Source: Flavobacteriales bacterium
GTDB taxonomy: Bacteria > Bacteroidota > Bacteroidia > Flavobacteriales_F > PHOS-HE28
Assembly: GCA_016710965.1 (NCBI GenBank)
Contig: JADJTW010000011.1
Span: 27,040-91,039 of the forward strand
Reading direction: 5' to 3'
Length of the DNA stretch: 64,000 bases
The notes beneath the pieces were generated by a model, which was given only the letters and a program-made list of their open reading frames with translations, did no database searches and was not told where the DNA came from. This document shows positions 60,021-64,000 of the stretch, in pieces (position 1 is the stretch's first letter; every line of letters starts with the position of its first letter). A program made the position numbers and the translations under genes.

Positions 60021-61259
60021 ATGCCACGCATCACCAACATACACAGCCACATCTTCACCGGCCGTTGCGCGCCGGACTACTTCTTCCGCATGGCGCTCCC
60101 CTCATGGGCCGACCGATGGGCCGATGAGATCAAGGCTTTCCTGGAGAAGCGCTGGATGCGCCGGCTGATCAAGTTCTTCGCCAGTCGCCGTGGCAACAGC
60201 CAGCTGCTGCGCTATCTGCAATTCATCGAGGTGGGCACGCAAAGCACCCAGGAGGAGGTGTTCACGAGCATGCAGCGCGCCTATGCCGCCTTGGGCGCCG
60301 ACACGCGCTTCGTGGCCCTCACCCTCAACATGGACCACATGGACACGCAGCCCAGCGGCCATGCGCGCATCGATGACCAACTGGCCGAAGCGGAACGGGT
60401 GCGCAGTCATTTCCCCGATGCGTTATTCCCCTTCCTGGGAGTGGACCCGCGGCACAAGCAGGGCGCTGATCTGCTGGGGTGGGCACGGGAGAAGATCGAC
60501 CGCAGGGCCTTCTTCGGCATCAAGCTCTATCCCAGCATCGGGTTCTTCCCCTTCGATCCCGCGCTGGACCAGCTCTACGATTGGGCCGAGCAGGAACAGG
60601 TGCCGGTGATGACGCACTGCACGCGCAGCGGAACCTACTACACAGGCAGCATGTCCAACGTGCTGCCCAACATGCGCCCGCCCACATTGAACCCGGCCGC
60701 AGCGAAGCAAATGGACAGCATCTACAAGCGCATCGGCCGCTTCCGCGAGAGCGACTTCACGTGGAAGGACAGCAAGTACGGCTGCAACATCTTCCTGCAT
60801 CCGGAGAACTATGAGCCGGTGCTGCACAAGTACCCCGACCTGAAGCTCTGCTTCGCCCACTTCGGTGGCGACGATGAGATGCTGCCCGCCAAATTCAAAC
60901 AGCCGTTGCGCGAAAAGGGCATCGACGCCACCAATTGGCACGATGAGATCAAACGCATCATGGGCTTGCTCGACGATAGCGGGCGCCCGATGTACGAGAA
61001 CGTCTACGCGGACATCTCCTACACCCTTTCCAATAAGGATGTGTATCCCTTGTTGAACACGCTCATGCGCACCCCGCTCGCCGGACGGATCCTCTTCGGC
61101 ACGGACTTCTTCATGACCGTGCGCGAGAAGAGCGAGGCCGAACTGCTCCAGCAATGCACCACCAATCTGGAGAACGGCCACTTCCAACGCATGGCCGCCG
61201 CCAACACCACCGACTACCTGCGCTCGCGCATCTATGACCCAGAGGTGCCCTTCGCCTAG
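60021..61259 (+). CDS. Amidohydrolase-2-family metal-dependent hydrolase (TIM barrel)
   Basis: N-terminal NIHSHIF, MTHCTRSG, CFAHFGG and C-terminal ILFGTDFF motifs. Confidence 0.5.
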   Translation: MPRITNIHSHIFTGRCAPDYFFRMALPSWADRWADEIKAFLEKRWMRRLIKFFASRRGNSQLLRYLQFIEVGTQSTQEEVFTSMQRAYAALGADTRFVALTLNMDHMDTQPSGHARIDDQLAEAERVRSHFPDALFPFLGVDPRHKQGADLLGWAREKIDRRAFFGIKLYPSIGFFPFDPALDQLYDWAEQEQVPVMTHCTRSGTYYTGSMSNVLPNMRPPTLNPAAAKQMDSIYKRIGRFRESDFTWKDSKYGCNIFLHPENYEPVLHKYPDLKLCFAHFGGDDEMLPAKFKQPLREKGIDATNWHDEIKRIMGLLDDSGRPMYENVYADISYTLSNKDVYPLLNTLMRTPLAGRILFGTDFFMTVREKSEAELLQQCTTNLENGHFQRMAAANTTDYLRSRIYDPEVPFA

Positions 61260-61275
61260 CACGACCATCGCACGC

Positions 61276-61710
61276 ATGCCCACCACACTCACGCCAGCGC
61301 AAGTGCGCGACACCTTCAAGCAAGGTCTTGATGCCGCCAAGCTCGACCCCAAGGTGCAAGCCTTCTGGGGCGCCGATCCGCAGTACTACCTGCCCGATAG
61401 GAAGGAGATCGAGCTCTTCCTGCTCCACAACATCAACTTCCAGCCGGGCGGCTTGGGCACCGGTTTCGATTGCGATGATTTCGCCTACGCCGTGAAAGGC
61501 CTTATCGGCATCTGGAACCTCAACCGCGCAGGCATGCAGACCAGCTGGTGCGTGGGGGTCATCTTCGGAAGGTTCAGCTGGATGCCCGGCGAGCACGCCG
61601 CCAATTGGTACATCGACAAGAAGGGCATCATCCATCTCTTCGAACCGCAGGACCACAGCTTCCACACATTGCAGGAATGCCTTGGCGATGTGAAGCTGGT
61701 GCTGCTTTAA
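61276..61710 (+). CDS. Hypothetical protein
   Basis: 145 aa; no recognised domain. Confidence 0.35.
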   Translation: MPTTLTPAQVRDTFKQGLDAAKLDPKVQAFWGADPQYYLPDRKEIELFLLHNINFQPGGLGTGFDCDDFAYAVKGLIGIWNLNRAGMQTSWCVGVIFGRFSWMPGEHAANWYIDKKGIIHLFEPQDHSFHTLQECLGDVKLVLL

Positions 61711-61714
61711 CACC

Positions 61715-63865
61715 ATGACCATGCTTGAGAGGCTCCTTCTCTTCACTGTTTTCTATCTCCCGCTCATCACGCTCAGCGCTCAATCAGAGGCATACTACGC
61801 AGGGCGCTTGGTGGACGAGCGTGAGAACATGGCCGACCGCGTCATCGAATTCGAGTTCGATGGCGAAATGCTCACTGTGCCAACGGCCGATGTACTGGAC
61901 CACCTGGTTGCCGGCAATGACATAGAGACCCTGCCCGCGCTCGACGCCATGCGCGCCCGTGATGGCCATGACGTCGACTCCACGGAGCGGCTATCAGATG
62001 ACGCGCGCCGGTCGATCATGATCCAGTTGAAGCGAGCGGTCGATTCGGTACGCCTCTCAAGTGAGGGACAAGGATCAGCGCTGGAGGGGAATGCTGCTGA
62101 AGGAACCGAAAGCATGCTGCCCGGCAACAAAGAAGCCGCCATACTCGACGCCGTCGCACAGGTCATCGTGGACCGCGTGAAGGAAGAACTGGCGCTGGCC
62201 TACTTCGACAAGATGGCCGTGAAGATGGACGATGTGCATGTGCTCCACCATGCATGCCACGACCCGATGGCCCCGCAAGGGATGTGTACCCTCACCGAAT
62301 TGATGCCCGCCACCCAGCTCATCTTCAAGGAGAGCCGCGACCACATCTCTTCGCACGTTGGCGCCACGCTCAAGGCGGCATTCGTGGATGACCTGGAGAA
62401 GTTCACTTCGCACTTCTCCGAGGCCTACGGCACGGCATTGTCGAAGGCTGAAGCATCGACCTGCAAGGCGCTGCTGACCAATGAGGACTACGCTGTGCTC
62501 ATGGCGGCACGGCTGGTGAACGGGATCGCGCGGCGCCACGGGTGGATGGACATTCTGGAGGAACTTTCACGCACCGAAGTGGAAGCCATTGCATGGAAGA
62601 AGCGCGGCGCGGCCATCGACCTGGCGATCCGCCTGCTCGAGAGCATGCAGGATGCCGGCTCAGCCGATTTCATTGAGCTCCGGATCGGCGAATGGAGCGG
62701 GGATCGACTGAACGCGTACATGGGCTTGCTTCTGTTGAACCCGAACGTGAAGTCCGACCTGCACGCGCTCGGCATCGATCATGTTGTGCGTAACAAATAC
62801 GAGATGATCCGCGGCGTACTTCGCACAGCCGATGCATTGAGGAAGACGGCGGAAGAGCTGAAGGATTTCATCGACCCCAAGGTCAGCGAAGACAAGGGTT
62901 CGCATTTCGCGCGCTATGCTGGACTCGTGGTCGAGTTCATTTCCGATGGCAATGCAGCAGTCCGACAGCTGGCTACGGAGTGGGCTGCTGGCGCTGCGGA
63001 CCCCGACCGCCTGTTGCCGGCGAACTTCGATGCGTACGTTGAAGCTGCTATCGGCCTGCATGAGGCGGTCGTGAACAAGGACTATGGGAAGGCCAGCCTG
63101 CAAGTGCTGCGAACGCTGAACGCTGCCTTGCCAGCGGACAGCATCCTGGACCATGACCTGGTAAAGCTGGTCACGCTCGCCGCCGACATCGCCGAAGCGG
63201 GCAATGGGGAGGTGAAGGGGATCTTCGAGGCGGCGATCATGCCCGTGGGCAGCTTCCGGGTGAAGCAAAGCACCAGCTTCAGTGCCACGCTCAATGCGTA
63301 CCCCGGGATCTTCTTCGGAGCGGAAACCCTGCAAGGCAGCAATGGCACCAAGGGCTTTGGTGGCGTGGCCGGGCCCATCGGCGTGGCCCTGTCCTGGAGC
63401 AAGGGCAATGAACGGACCTTGCGCGCCAGCAACACCCTCATGCTGGGCATCATCGACATCGGCGCCTTGCTCACCTATCGTTTCGACACGGAGGACAGCG
63501 TGAGCGCCAACTCCCAAGTGGCATTCTCCACCGTGCTCGCCCCAGGCCTCTTCGCGCTTCACGGCTTCAAGGGCAGTCCGATCTCCTGCGGGTTCGGGGT
63601 GCAGTACGCCCCACGGCTGCGTGGTGTAGCCACGGACGCGATCGATCTGGCGCCTGCCGACGCGTTGCGTATTGGAGCCGCCATCGCAGTGGACATCCCC
63701 TTGTTCCCGCTGTCGCTCAGGCGCAGGCCGGTGAAGCCGTTGGCCGATGACGTGCGCGCCACAGAGGCCGAGCTGAAGGAGTTGAGCGGCCAAGGCGGGA
63801 ATACTGCATGCGTGGAGCGGCGGTTGAAGCGCAGGAAGGGTCGTCTCTATCGCGCGCTCCGCTGA
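61715..63865 (+). CDS. Large secreted hypothetical protein
   Basis: Signal peptide MTMLERLLLFTVFYLPLITLSAQS; 716 aa. Confidence 0.45.
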   Translation: MTMLERLLLFTVFYLPLITLSAQSEAYYAGRLVDERENMADRVIEFEFDGEMLTVPTADVLDHLVAGNDIETLPALDAMRARDGHDVDSTERLSDDARRSIMIQLKRAVDSVRLSSEGQGSALEGNAAEGTESMLPGNKEAAILDAVAQVIVDRVKEELALAYFDKMAVKMDDVHVLHHACHDPMAPQGMCTLTELMPATQLIFKESRDHISSHVGATLKAAFVDDLEKFTSHFSEAYGTALSKAEASTCKALLTNEDYAVLMAARLVNGIARRHGWMDILEELSRTEVEAIAWKKRGAAIDLAIRLLESMQDAGSADFIELRIGEWSGDRLNAYMGLLLLNPNVKSDLHALGIDHVVRNKYEMIRGVLRTADALRKTAEELKDFIDPKVSEDKGSHFARYAGLVVEFISDGNAAVRQLATEWAAGAADPDRLLPANFDAYVEAAIGLHEAVVNKDYGKASLQVLRTLNAALPADSILDHDLVKLVTLAADIAEAGNGEVKGIFEAAIMPVGSFRVKQSTSFSATLNAYPGIFFGAETLQGSNGTKGFGGVAGPIGVALSWSKGNERTLRASNTLMLGIIDIGALLTYRFDTEDSVSANSQVAFSTVLAPGLFALHGFKGSPISCGFGVQYAPRLRGVATDAIDLAPADALRIGAAIAVDIPLFPLSLRRRPVKPLADDVRATEAELKELSGQGGNTACVERRLKRRKGRLYRALR

Positions 63866-63870
63866 TCGGA

Positions 63871-64000
63871 TCACCCCTTCACCCCGCCTTTCAAGTAGTC
63901 ATCGTGGAAGTACTTCCGCAGGAAGGCCTCACCATTGCCGCTCAGGAATCCATCGAGCAACTGCTCCCTGGTCTGGCCGTACAGATGCGCATTGTATAGC
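63871..64000 (-). CDS. C-terminal end of an unidentified protein (5' end outside the window)
   Basis: Manual translation gives ...LYNAHLYGQTREQLLDGFLSGNGEAFLRKYFHDDYLKGGVKG, with a stop at 63871-63873. Confidence 0.3.
   Translation of the reverse strand, partial: LYNAHLYGQTREQLLDGFLSGNGEAFLRKYFHDDYLKGGVKG

Noticed and set aside
56486-63865. Prophage or defence-island interpretation of the unknown operon
   Set aside because: No integrase, terminase, capsid or tail genes, and no att-like repeat at the tRNA. No helicase, nuclease or ATPase modules typical of defence systems.
1-64000. CRISPR arrays, rRNA genes, IS elements
   Set aside because: No regularly spaced short direct repeats, no rRNA-like conserved segments and no transposase-like ORFs were seen.

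Overview
This is a high-GC (about 65%) chromosomal segment that looks Bacteroidota-like. The evidence is several proteins with type IX secretion (T9SS) C-terminal sorting domains, SprB-type repeats, a CarbopepD_reg-type TonB-dependent receptor, and an rpoN followed by a PAP2 phosphatase.

Readable core genes, in order:
- dxr overlapping rseP, then a single-domain response regulator and an OmpA-family protein.
- A lipoprotein alpha-2-macroglobulin with a CAEQ thioester motif, a Reg_prop/Y_Y_Y sensor with no output domain, a DUF1684 protein and methylmalonyl-CoA epimerase.
- A glycan-type locus: two paralogous polytopic membrane proteins (putative GT-C glycosyltransferases) flanking a HAD hydrolase and a tRNA(CAT) that looks like tRNA-Ile2, then galE, two GH29 alpha-L-fucosidases and a DUF4838 protein.
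- A DUF433/DUF5615 toxin-antitoxin-like pair, a PhoD-like phosphatase with a T9SS domain, a PAP2 phosphatase, rpoN, an M36 fungalysin with a T9SS domain, an ArsC/Spx-like protein and asnS.
- A LytTR response regulator, a TetR-tolC-MFP-RND efflux operon with a palindromic operator, and a TonB-dependent receptor.

The segment 5.6-13.3 kb is a cluster of T9SS cargo genes: two tandem SBBP beta-propeller paralogs, a GH5 hydrolase and an SprB-repeat/tail-fibre-like protein. All of these are broken by frameshifts. Two more frameshifts sit in the alpha-2-macroglobulin and the LytTR regulator. This pattern points to indel errors in the assembly, to real pseudogenes, or to both.

The most unusual items are:
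- A 16-bp palindrome, TACCTG-GAAA-CAGGTA, present four times, always just upstream of a gene and oriented with it.
- A tight operon of seven uncharacterised genes (56.5-63.9 kb) led by an SH3b plus NlpC/P60-like (TIGR02594-type) hydrolase.
- An 8-G homopolymer at the 5' end of the SprB-like gene.
- A roughly 170-bp, about 95%-identical repeat shared by the two SBBP paralogs, with an orphan T9SS C-terminal-domain remnant between them.

No CRISPR array, rRNA, integrase or transposase was recognised.
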